DNA from: Basidiobolus meristosporus CBS 931.73
Taxonomy: Eukaryota; Fungi; Basidiobolomycota
Length of the DNA stretch: 64,000 bases
Reading direction: 5' to 3'
NCBI GenBank assembly: GCA_002104905.1
Contig: MCFE01000080.1
Location: 62,001 to 126,000 of the forward strand
The position numbers were made by a program, and so were the translations under genes. The notes under the pieces were generated by a model that worked only from the letters and a program-made list of their open reading frames with translations, ran no database searches and had not been told where the DNA came from. Shown here piece by piece: positions 23,719 through 36,227 of this stretch (the first letter of the stretch is position 1; every line of letters begins with the position of its first letter).

Positions 23719-26650
23719 ATGGCCAAGACTACTTTGACTCAACACCATAAGAGAAGAGAAAAAAGACCATGTGGCTATTGTGGCAAGTCTCTTAGCCATA
23801 AAGCATACAGACAGCATAGGAAGTATTACAAGGATCATGGCCAGTGTTCTGCCACCAAAGTCATTTTTGGCCATTCATTGGTACTAATGTACCAACATTA
23901 TCTTACTGGCCAGTTAATGCTTCTTGATTGGCACCTGGCTATCTTTGTCACCTTGTGCAAGCTGAGTCAGATGAGTTTGTGACACCTTTAGGCTCACATC
24001 AGCCTTCTGAATATGGCATGCGGAGTGATAGCTCTGACAAAAAAGGTTCACTGATGGATTCTGAGCCTATCTCCCCTAATAATGGTACCAAATATGAGCC
24101 CAGTAAAATCCCTATATGCAATGAGACAACATTCAATGTAACAAATGCCAAGGATACATTTTAGAGCCACATGAGCCCAGTAATCCATCTACTGGTGAAT
24201 GATGTAATGTTGTGGCTAGAGAAGTGGCATGTTTCCACTAATATCAGTAATGGGTGCTTTGAGGATTTATTACTACTTCTTGCCAAAATCATACTGGGAT
24301 GCAACTTACCATGTGCATGATACAAGTGGACAACCTTCATGTGGCTGGCAACATATGATCCAGAGACTGTCCTGATTTCAGTATGTATCAATAGTGGCAT
24401 GGCATTCACATCCAAAAATGCTACCATTGCAACATATCCAAACTGTCAGGAATCCACCACATTTGAGGGAAAACATTAACCACACTCCAGATATATTCCA
24501 GTCATACCGTATCTGAGGAGGCTGTAGCAGTCCAACAAATATTGCAAAGCTATACAATACCACACTCAATATCAATCAAGTGCAAGAATATCCAATATAT
24601 TTAATGGCAAACATTACAAACAGCCAAGAAGCAAGGGCTACTTTGAGGGTAAGTGCAACCATGCCTTTGTGTAGGCACTTGATTAATTCTCATTGAATAA
24701 GTACTCTACCAGAAAATCCTGCTAACCACTGATTCTCATTAATCTGAAGCTGCCGCCCATCTTACGGTATCAGAGCAATAATCTGATGGTAGTCTCACTG
24801 GTATCTGGGCCTAAATCACCATCAAACCTGGATAGCTACCTCTATCCTTTGCTGGATGAGTTTTGTATGCTTTCCAGCAAGATAAAGGTAAATGGCTGTC
24901 ATGTAAAAGTGTATATTATTATCTGCATTGAAGATACCCCAGCCATTAGCAAGATAGCAGGTTTTTCTGGGCACAATGAATGGTATTGCTGTCAAAGGCG
25001 TGAGATCCAGGGGATTTACTCCACAACTCACACATATTATTTTTACCCAAACACCAGCATTACAAACATCATCTTTCCACAGAGAGAATGTACAGAAGTC
25101 AGCATGTAATTGCAGCAAAGTTGGCCAGCTATAAGCTATTGGCTAGAATATATAATCAATTGGAAACTGGAGATACTTAAGATAGAGGGTATCTGTTGGA
25201 GCAAAAGCTTTCCACTGGGGGCAATGCATTTGCTTTTCAACAATATCCCTATGCTGCTGACCAAATTGTCCATGGGACATTTCAAGCTAAATGCGCCCTT
25301 TGAGATACCTGAGAAACTTGAAAGAATTGGCAAGATATTACAGAGTATCTGCACCCTAAGTACTTCTGACAGGTGCCAATTATTATTCATATGGATATGC
25401 CACAATACAAATGCAAAGACTGGATGAACTGGATGTGTATTTACTCAAGTGGCATACTGAAGGCCTACCTAACAAGAGTACATTGGAAGCATTGGGAGTC
25501 ATATGTGGACATTGTAGGATTATATAGCCAGAAACAGATCACCAATGCCAACTTGACACATCTACAGCTGTTGTGTGAGGAGTTAGTGACAGGATTCCTA
25601 CTAAAGGTACATTGGAAGTATTGGGAATCATATGTGGACGTTGTAGGATCACATGTCCAGAAACAGATCACCAATGCAAACTTGACACATCTACAGCTGT
25701 TGTGTGAGGAGTTTGTGACAGGATTTGAGCAGCTTTACTACAAACATAAAGCTGAGCATGTATATCTCTGCCACTACTCTATCCATTTTTTACTTCATCT
25801 TGCCTAGTGTATAGAGAATATTGGGCCTTGCTTCACCTTTTGCAAATTTCCTATGGAGTGGATGTGTGGGGAGATAGGAAGACAAGTCAGGTTCAGGAAC
25901 TACCATGTACCAATTGCATCAAGAATATTACCTTCAAGCCCATTATGGATGTGATAAGTTGGCACATAAAGGACAGCCAGGAAGAGTTGGAAAATACTGA
26001 GGACAAATGTGCACATGGAGACACCTATACCTATGGCATTAAGAAGTTAAGCAGACCCAATGCATGGGTAATAGGTTAAGTAATGCAAAGTTGGGTTGGG
26101 TGCAACAAGCAACTAATTTTTATCAGGAAAACTCTACCAAGGTTTGCCAGATTTCTCATGGTCACAAGCCAACTTCTGCACCATTCAATACAGAATTCAC
26201 ATAAGTAAAAGCCAGAGCATACCTATAAGGGGGACTAGAATCTGGTAGGGAGAAGGAATATATTGGCCAAATGCCAAGGAGATCTTTGTGGATATTCAGG
26301 AGGTATTCATGGCAGAAGTGGCAACACCCAAGCATACTTCTTCAAGATGTATATGTCACCCGCAGTACAAGCTATATGGCAACTTTGCAAGTATTACACT
26401 GAAAAGCTGTAAAGTTGAGGTCATAGAAGTATGTCAATTGCGGCAGGTGTGTGCATTGATAGAGGTTAGTAAGCAGGAGGCCATAGTTTTTCTTGATTTG
26501 AACTACATGTGGAATACCCAAGGTAGTAGTTGGTATGCAAATAAAGAGGGGTATTCTACAGTGGAATATATAAATTTCACAAGGGAAGGTAGAAAAAGGA
26601 AATACAATTTGGTAAATTGGAAAAGTAGCATTATACAGAACCAGCTATAG
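23719..26650 (+). pseudogene. CACTA copy 1 transposase (Transposase_21/DUF4218-like), disrupted
   Basis: N-terminal CGYC..H; IFNGKHYK; PLILINLKLPP..RY; VSLVSGPKSPSNLDSYLYPLLDE; DTPAISKIAGF.GH; WMNWMC; YSIHFLLHL and GPCF motifs, all typical of EnSpm/CACTA Tnp2 proteins. Confidence 0.85.
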
Positions 26651-27012
26651 GCTGTCTTACTGCAATATATTGCCATCAGAGTCTTGCTGTGAGGCTGTTG
26701 CAATACCATTGCGTTTCTTGCCATATCGGTCAATTGGATGTCTTGGCCAATTGGATCCACTTAAAATAGTGATAGAGTGCTAAAAGACCGCTACAATACC
26801 ATGCAAATATTGTCACAGCACCTACTAAATATTGTCAGGTTTTATCCCTTTATTTAGTTGTAAAATTTGCAAAACACCATTGTGATCCTGACATAAGATT
26901 GTTAGGAGGGTCACTAATTTCAAGCTGCTGGTACTCTGATGGTCTCTAAATGGGATCCTGATGGCTGACCCGGATTGGATCCACCTGCGGGACCAAGCTA
27001 TTTTCCATAGGG

Positions 27013-28060
27013 TATCAGTTGGAGCAAAAGCTTTCCACTGGGAGCAATTCTTTGTGTTTAACAATATCCCTATACTGATAACCAAGTTGTAAGTGGGGCA
27101 TTTCAGCCTAAATGAGCCATTTGAGATATTAGAGAGACTTGAAACAATTGGCAAGATATTACAGAGTTTCTGCTACTTTCAGTACTTCTGAAGGGCTCCA
27201 ATCAATATTTATAGACATATGCAACTATATAAATGCAAGGACTAGATGAGCTGGATATTTATTTTTGCAAGTGACCTGCTAGAACCATTTCCACCACAAG
27301 TACATTGGATGCACAGGGAATCATATGATGATATTGTAAGAATATTTATCCACAAGTGGATCACCTATGCCAACTTGATGAGTATACAACTTATATGCAA
27401 GGAGCTTATAATGGGATTTAAGCAGCTATGCTATCTGCATGAAGCTGAAGATCCCTGCTACTAATATATCCACTCTCTACTCCATCTTTCATGGTGTGTG
27501 CAGAGTATTGGGCTTTGCTTCACCTTTTGGGAGTTTCCTATAGAGTAGTTGTGTGTAGAGATAGCTAGATAAGAAAAGTTGCTGATACCACCATATCCAA
27601 ATCTCATTAAGTATATAATCTTCAAGTTTATCATGGATGTGATGAGTTAGCCCATGAAGGACAGCTAGGAAGAGTTGGATAACACTGGGGTCAGATGTGT
27701 ACATGGAGACTCCTATGCCCTTGGCACTAAGAAGCTAAGCAGCCCCAATACATGGGTAATCAGCTAAGTAATGCAAAGCTGCATTGGCCAAAACAAGCAG
27801 CTAATATCTATTAGGATCACTTTAACAGGACATATAGAGTTTTTCTTGGTCACAAGCAGATTACTGCATTATCCAATACATACTTTACACAAACAAGAGC
27901 CAGCACACAGCTGTTAGGGGGACTGCAATCCAGCAGGGGGAAGGAATGTGTTAGCTATATGCCAAAAGACTTTTTGCAAATATTCAGGAGGTACTGATGG
28001 TCAAGGTGGTGGCTACCAAGCATATGAGTGCAAAATACACATGTTGTCAGCATTACAAGC
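27013..28060 (+). pseudogene. Partial, more decayed CACTA transposase 3' half
   Basis: Colinear with 25190-26330. Confidence 0.75.
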
Positions 28061-30435
28061 TCTATGAAAGATGATTTGCGTCTGCAGATAGACTTATATG
28101 GCAAAAAACGTGATGGTACTTTGACAGCCATATTGCAAGCCTCTGATTGCATTATCATGGCAGTATAGTGCCCTATAGTCAGTTCTGTATAATGCTACCA
28201 TACCAATTTACCAGCTCCATTTCTACTTCCCCTTGTGCAATTTGTATATTCCACTGTAGAATTGCCCCTCTTTATTTGCTTACTCACTACTACCTTGGGT
28301 ATTCCGCATATAGTTTGAATCTAAAAAACTATGGCCTCCTGCTTACTAACCTCTACAAACACATACACCTGCGACAGCGACATACCTCTATCACCTCAAC
28401 TTTACGGCTTTTTAGTGTGATACTTGCAAAGTTGCCTTATAACTTGTACTGCTGGTAGCATATACATCTTGCAAACATATGCCTGGTTGTTGCCACTTCT
28501 GCCATGAACACCTCCTGAATATCTGCAAAGAACCTCTTGGTATTTAGCCAATATGTTCTTTCTCCCTGCTGGATTCCAGGCCCCCCTTATAGGTGCACTC
28601 TAGCTCTTGCTTGTGCAAATTCTATATTGAATGGCGTAGAAGTTGGCTTGTGACCATGAGAAATCCGGCATTCCTTAGTAGAGTTTCCCAATAAAAACTA
28701 GCTGCTAGTTGCACCCAACCCAGCTTTGCATTACCTAACTGATTACCCATGCATTGGGGCTGCTTAGCTTCTTAATGCCATAGGCATAGGTGTCTCCATG
28801 TGCACATCTGTCCTCAGTATTTCCCAACTCTTTCTGGCTGTCCTCTATGTGCAAACTCATCACATCCATGATGGGCTTGAAGGTAATATTCTTGATGAGA
28901 TTGGGATATGGGTGTACATGCAACTTGACTTGTCTTCCTATCCCCCACACATCCACTCCATAGAAAACTCCCAAAAGGTGAAGCAAGGCCCAATATTATC
29001 CACACACTGTGCTAGATGGAGTAGAAAGTGGATAGAGTAGTGGCAGAGATCTATATGCTCAGCCTTAGGTTTGTAGTGTAGCCACTCAAATCCTGTCACA
29101 AACTCCTTGCACAACAGCTGTAGATGCATCAAGTTGGCATTGGTGATATGCCTCTGGACATGTAATCCTACAATGTCCACATATGATTCCCAATGCTTCC
29201 AATGTACCTTTGGTAGGAATGCCTTCAGTACGCAACTTGAATAAATACACATCCAGTTCATTCAGTCTTTGCATTTGTTTTGTTGCATATGCACATGAAT
29301 ATTGATTAGACCCTGTGTGAAGTACTCAGGGTTGTGGATACTTTGTAATATCTTGCCAATTCTTTCAAATTTCACAGGTATCTCAAAGGGGTCATTTAGC
29401 TTGAAATGTCCCATGTATAACTTGATTGTCAGTATGGAGATATTCTTGGAAAGCAGATGCATTGCTCCCAGTGGAAAGCTTTTGCTCCAACAGGTACCCT
29501 CCATCTTAAATATTGCTGGTTTCAAGTTAATTCCATATTCCAGCTAATGGCTTATAGTTTGCCAACTTTGCTGCAACTGTATGCTGACTTCTGTACATTC
29601 TCTTTGTAGGAAGGTGGTGTTCCTAGTACTGGTGTTTGAGTAATAATAATGTGTGTGAGTCATGGAGTGAATCCCCTGGATCACACTCATTTGACAGCAA
29701 TGTAGTCCCTTGTGCGCAGAAAAACCTGCTATCTTGCTGATGGCTGGGGTATCTCCAATGCAGATAAAAGTATGCACTTTTACATGATGGCCATTTACTG
29801 TTATCTGGCTGGAAAGCATAAAAGATACATCCAGCAATGGATGCAGGTAGCTATCCAGGTTGGATGATTATTTAGGCCCAGATACCAGTGAGACTACCTC
29901 CAGATTATTGCTCTGATACCATAAGATGAGTGGCAGCTTCAGATTGATGAGAATCAGTGGCCAGCAGGATTTGCTGGTAGAGTACTTGTTTAATGAGAAT
30001 CTATCAGGTTCTAAAGCAAAGGCATGGTCATACATACCTTCAAAGTAGCCCTTGCTTCTTAGCTGTTTGCAATGTTTGCCATCAAGTGTATTGGATATGT
30101 TTGTGCTTGATAAATACTCAGTGTGGTACTCTATGGCTTTGCAATAGTTGTCCAACTGCATTAGCTTCTTTAGATTGGGTATTACTGGTGTATATCAGCA
30201 GTGTGAACAATATTTTCCTCAATGGTGGTGGATTCCTGAAAATATGGACATGTTGCAATGGTAGTATTTTTGGATGTGTATGCCATGCAACTGTTAGCAC
30301 ATGCTGGAATCAGGACAGTCTCTGGATTGTATGTTGCCAGCCACATGACTGTTGTTCACTTGTATCATGTATATGGTAAGTTGCATCCTGTTAGGATCTT
30401 GGCAAGAAGTAGTAATAAATCCTCAAAGCCCCTGG

Positions 30436-31079
30436 TGTGGTAGGGTAAACATACCTCCCACAGACAAGTTTATTCATATAGCTATTAGGTTGTACTTATC
30501 TATATTTTATCTTATCAGTATTATCCCATCCTTCTTTTGCCCATGTTATTAGTATTATCCCCATGTGATGTTTACCCTGATTAGTTATTAGCATTAGTTA
30601 TCCCAGATGTTATTCAGCTTTGTGATCAGTATATGAATCTACATAAGCCAAGTACCTGCATCAGTACCCATGACACATGACCTAGATCTGTATTATCATC
30701 CCTACCATTTCAATACAATTTATGGTATCTCTATGTTGTGCAGGTTTCAGACCACTGATCCCTAATTGGTTGGATGTGCTGTGCCTTTTAGAACCTTCCA
30801 GGACATTCTTGCATATTTTGAGCTCATAGTGATGTCATCAAGAATTCCACTGATGCGTGGAATCTGCTAGAACCTTGTCATTAGTAATCACTTGGCAATC
30901 AGGAAAAGTGTTTAAGGGAAGGCAATCCCTCATCAATAGATGATCCCTTCTATCAGTAACACTTTCCCCTTATTGATTAGCAATTGATCTCTGCACCTAC
31001 CTTTGACAGTTATACCTCGGACTTGCCATCAAGGAGCTTTCAGAGTAGTGCATAAGACACACAGAGGCCTTTGAAGACA
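30436..31079 (+). repeat. Left part of a split family B LTR
   Basis: Starts TGTGGTAGGG and matches the reverse complement of 45992 downward; preceded by TSD CTGG (30432-30435). Confidence 0.88.
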
Positions 31080-31119
31080 GCAAGACTCTGATGGCTTTTC
31101 CTTGGCAGTATGACAGCCT

Positions 31120-34100
31120 GCTGCTGGCTCTGTATAATTCTACCATACCAATTTACCAAATGGTATTCCCTTTTTCTACCTCCCCTTGTGCAATTCATAT
31201 ATTCAACTGTGGAATCACCTTTCTTTATTTGCTTGCCCACTACTAACTTGGGTATTCCACATATAGTTTGAATCAAAAAGAACTATGGCCTTCTGCTTAC
31301 TAACCTCTACAAACTTGTACACCTGCCACAATTGACATACTACTATTACCTCAGCTTCACGGCTTTTTAGTGTGATACTTGTAAAGTTGCCATATACCTT
31401 GCACTTTGGTCGCATATACATCTTGCAAACATATGCTTGGTTGTTGCCACTTCTGCCATGAATACCTCCTGAATATTGGCAAAGAACTTCTTGGTATTTA
31501 GCCAATATATTCCTTCTTCCTGCTGGATTCTAGTCCCCCTTATAGGTGCACTGTGGCTTTTGTTTGTGTGAATTTTGTATTGAATGGTGTAGAAGTTGGC
31601 TTGTGACCACAAGAAATCTGGCATATCTTGGTGGAGTTTTCCTGATAAAAATTAGTTGCTTGTTGCACCCAACCCAACTTTGCATTACTTAACTGATTAC
31701 CCACGCATTGGGGCTGCTCAGCTTCTTGATGCCATAGGCATAGGTGTCTCCATGTGCACATTTGTCCTCAGTATTTTCCAAATCTTTCTGGTTGTCCTCC
31801 ATGTGCCAACTCACCACATCCATGATGGGCTTGAAGGTAACATTCTTGATGAGATTGGGATATGGTAGTAAATGCAACTTGACTTGTCTTCCTATCTCCC
31901 CACACATCCACCCCATAGGAAACTCCCAAAAGGTGAAGCAAGGCCCAATATTCTCCACACACCATGCAAGATGGAGTAGAGAATGGATACAGTAGCGGCA
32001 GAGATCTGTGTGTTCAGCTTTATGTTTGTAGTATAGCCATTCAAATCCTGTCACAAACTCCTCACACAGCAGCTGAAGATGTGTCAAGTTGGCACTGGTG
32101 ATCCGCTTCTGGATAAATATTCCTACAATATCCACATATGACTCCCAATGCTTCCAATGTACTCTTGGTAGGAATGGCTTCAGAACACCACTTGAATAAA
32201 TACATATCCAGTTCATCAAGTCTTTGCATTTGTATTGTTGCATATGCGTATGAATATTAATTGGAGCCCATGAGAAGTACTAGGGGTAGCGGATACTCTG
32301 TAATATCTTGCCAATCTTTTCAAATTTCTCTGGTATCTCAAAGGGCTCATTTAGCTTGAAATGCCTCATTTACAACTTGGTGATCAGTATAGGGATATTG
32401 TTGAAAAGCAAATGCATTGCTCCCAGTAGAAAGCTTTTGCTCCAATAGATTCCCTCTATCTTAAGTATCTCCGGTTTCCATTTGATTCTATATTCTGGCC
32501 AATGGCTTATAGCTGGCCAACTTTGCTGCAATTACATGCTTACTTCTGTACATTCTCTCTGTGGAAAGATGATGTGCTTAGTGCTGGTGTTTGGGTAATA
32601 ATAATGTGTGTGAGTTGTGGAGTAATCCCCTGGATCTCACACATTTAACGGCAACACCATCCATTGTGCCCGGAAAATCCTGCTATCTTGCTGATGGCTG
32701 GGGTATCTCCAATACAGATAATAGACTTGTTCCGTTGGATAGTGCCACATTGAGCCATGAGTGCCAAATGATGCCATAGTGTGCCAGAGAGGCCAAGTGA
32801 GCCTATACTTGGCCACAGAGTGTGAAAAATGGTTCTGCATCTCCATGCAAAGCAGCCCCTGTGTTTCACCTATGATGGAGGAGAAAACAAACTTTTAGAT
32901 GTTTTTTTGTGGATCAATGTTGTGCAGGATGTGTAAGAGCACAAAAGGATTGAAGTCATGCATCAGGTGCTCAATACCCATGGCACTCTGAATCTAGCTC
33001 CTGTGGCTTGTAACATGTCACAAAAATGCATGGCACTCTCTTGGTCCACTGGTACTATCTGGCACTATATTTAATTATTTGCCCTAAAGTAAGATCTATA
33101 CAAAGCATTTATAGTGCCGGATAGTACCAGTGGACCAAGAGAGTGCCATGCACTTTTGTGACATGTTACAAGCCACAGGAGCTAGATTCAGAGTGCCATG
33201 GGTATTGAGCACCTATTGCATGACTTCAATCCTTTTATGCTCTTACACATCTTGCACAAAACTGACCTAAAAAAAAAGGTCAAAAAATGGATTTTCTCCA
33301 ACACAATGGGTGAAATACAGGGGCAGCTTTGCATCAAGACGCAGAGCTATGTATTACACTCTGTGGCCAAGTATAGGCTCACTTGGTCTCTCTGGCACAC
33401 TAAGGCATTATTTGGCACTCATGGCTCAATGTGGCACTATCCAACGGAACAAGTCTAATAATATGTGCTTTTACATGACTGCCATTTACCGTTATCCTGC
33501 CAGAAAGCATACAAAATTCATTCAGCAATGGATACAGGAAGCTATCCAGGTTTGACGGTGATTTAGGCCCAGATACCAGTGAGACTACCATCAGATTATT
33601 GCTCTGATACTGTAAGATGGGCAGCAGATTCAGATTGATGAGAATCAGTGGCCAGCAGGATTTGCTGGTAGAATACTTGTTTAATGAGAATCCATCAAGT
33701 GCTAAAGCAAAGGCATGGTCATACTTACCCTAAAAGTAGCCCTTGCTTCTTAGCTGTTTGTAATATTTGCCATCAAATATATTGGATATGTTTGCGCTTG
33801 ATTGATATTGAGTGCGGTACTGTATAGCTTTGCAATATTTGTTGGACTGCATCAGCTTCCTCAGACGGGGTATGACTGTAATATATCTGGAGTGTGAACA
33901 ATGTTTTCCCTCAATGGTGGTGGATTCCTGACAACTTGGACACATTGCAATGATAGCATTTTTGGATGTGAATGCCATGCAACTGTTAACACATGCTGGA
34001 ATCAAAACAGTCTCTGGATCATATGTTGCCAGCCGCATGATGGTTGTCCACTTGTACCATGTACATGGTAAGTTGCATCCCAGTATGATTTTGGCAAGAA

Positions 34101-34658
34101 GTAGTAATAAATCCTCAAAGCCCCCATTACTGATATTAGTGGAAACATGCCACTTCTCTAGCCACAACATTTCTTCATTCACCAGTAGATGGATTACTGG
34201 GCTCACTTGGCTCCATAAAGTATCCTTGGCATTTGTTTCAACAAGTGTTATCTCATTGCACATAGGGATTTGACCAGGCTCATACATGGTACTGTTGTTA
34301 GGGGAGACAGGCTCAAAGTCCATCAGTGAGCCTTCTTTGTCATAGCTATCACTCTGCAAGCCATATTCAGAAGGCTGAGGTGAGCCTAAGGGCGTCACAA
34401 ACTCACCTGACTCAGTTTGCACAAGGTGACAAAGATGACCAGGTGCCAATATAGAAGTATCAACTGGCCGGCAAGATAATGTTTGTACAGTAGTGACTGA
34501 CAAATGTTCAAAATGACTTGGGTGGCAAAACACTGGCCGTGATCCTTGTAATACTTCCTATGCTGTCAGCATGCTTCATGGCTGAGAGGCTTGCCACAAT
34601 AGCCACATGGTCTTTTTTCTCTTCTCTTATGGAGTTGAGTCAAAGTAGTCTTGTCCAT
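31120..34658 (-). pseudogene. CACTA copy 3 transposase, interrupted by a PHIS MITE
   Basis: ORFs 33730-34533, 33400-33591 and 31689-32243 carry the same Tnp2 motifs as 23719-26650. Confidence 0.85.
32723..33456. mobile_element. Palindromic non-autonomous PHIS element (MITE-like), younger copy
   Basis: AGACTTGTTCCGTTGG...CCAACGGAACAAGTCT; ~345-bp inverted arms and ~43-bp spacer; 3-bp TSD AAT (empty site CAGATAATAATATGTG at ~57792). Confidence 0.92.
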
Positions 34659-36121
34659 GGGACAAACAGCTTGACCTTCAACAACGTAATGCTATTATAT
34701 CACTTTTTGGTCAATACTCATGTGAACTTAAGACAGTCTTGTATTTGAGACACTGCACCTACATGAATGTAAGATTCAATGGTGATTTGCCATAGTAAGC
34801 ATTATAAATAAAGTTGTGGCGCCACATACACACGTATATGTAACACTATTTCCCCTTTGGTTTGACTCACTTCTATATAGATGCCGCCAAAAAATAAAGC
34901 AAAGTTGTCTGGTTCTCAACCAAACCCCACCACTGACAGCAACGGAAGAACGGTTGGACAACAGCTTACTTTGCATTCAGTGCAACAAGCAGGGCTACAT
35001 CCAAAAAAGGCCCTGTTGACAGTGTGCCCATTGAAGGTAATTATGCAGACTCCTCAGGCTCTCAGTCAAATAGGCAATTGAGAACCTCTGCGGAGCCACA
35101 AGCTGACCATTATGCACAGGCAGACAAGAATGTAGCTAACACAGTACCCTCTGTTGAAGATCAGCAAGTGGCCATGATAACATCACCACCACCCATATTA
35201 GCAAGTATGTTTTCAGCTCATACCAAAGCATTAATGAAGCAATTAGGTGCAGTGGCTGATAGGATAGATGCAATGGCCCACAGAAATCAGGAAGTAGTCC
35301 AGAAATGGGATGAGTGGATAATACGTGTAGAGCAATCAATATCCCAGTTAGAGAAAGCAGTATCTTTGCTGCAAAGAAAAAACTCAAGTAGCTCAATGTC
35401 ACAGCCAAGAATTGAGCCATTTCCCAATGTAACAGCAGAGGAACTGTGATAATGGAAAGTATTCCATTACTACAATATCTCTAAACCAATATTGCACTCA
35501 TTTCCTTATTTTGCTTTTTGGTATTGTAACACACAAGTGAAGGATCAAGAATTTCCAAGTTTCAAGAACAAATGCTCCGGACCCTTACAAGCAATCCTCT
35601 CAAGAATATTATGTTGTACAGAACAGGTAGTAGCCAGCACATGTTTCAAATCACAGCTCATTTGAAGCAGCACTTAAGGAGCTATGACCAAAAGAGTCCT
35701 ATTATTATATATACTATGCCTTATTGCTAGGATTACTATGCTGACTTTGATTGCATGTAACTTTTGAACCAGCGGAATCAAATTGTGTGAAACTTTCACA
35801 GGTGCCACGTCTGTGTCCAATCTGTGCCACTGCAAAATTTTAGCTTCATATCATGTGTATTGCTTGCGCAATTGCCCAAAAACTTTGATCCTTCAGAATT
35901 TTCATATATATGACTTCCCCAGCTGAAAAATAAAGGGAAAGCCTCTCTTTCCAGAACATCCACACTACAATTACAAGTTTAAAGGTTATAAGACTTCCCC
36001 TTCATCACTTGCACTGTTGAGTATTCTGACTTTGATTGGTACTACATCAGTAAAGAGACTGCAAAGCTCACAAGAATCCAATCTAAGTTCTACAAGAAAC
36101 TACCACTTTTCTGTTGGAAAA

Positions 36122-36220
36122 GTCCCCTCTAAGAAACCCCTTTAGAGACCCCTTTAAGAAACTTCTTTACTCTAAAGAAGCCCCTTAAGGCACCCCTTTA
36201 GTGTAAAGTCCACTTTAGAA
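36122..36220. repeat. Imperfect tandem array of an (A)CCCCTTTA(G) motif, continued at 42152-42235
   Basis: About ten CCCCTTTA-like units in total across both sides of the Gypsy-2 insertion. Confidence 0.75.
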
Positions 36221-36227
36221 ACCACTA

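Larger units (their letters stand above)
14159..27012. mobile_element. CACTA/EnSpm copy 1 (~5.9 kb without its Gypsy-1 insert): divergent ORF2 (minus) and transposase (plus)
   Basis: Degenerate left end CCCCATGTAATATTAT (consensus CCCTATGAAAAATTAT); right end TTTTCCATAGGG; sequence is continuous across the Gypsy-1 TSD ATAAG. Confidence 0.8.

Noticed and set aside
22000-35400. Dozens of 60-140 aa ORFs on both strands
   Set aside because: They are fragments or antisense frames of decayed CACTA genes and recur with the repeat.
36122-36220. Interstitial telomere array
   Set aside because: Units are irregularly spaced, are not TTAGGG, and lie inside a TSD-bounded insertion.
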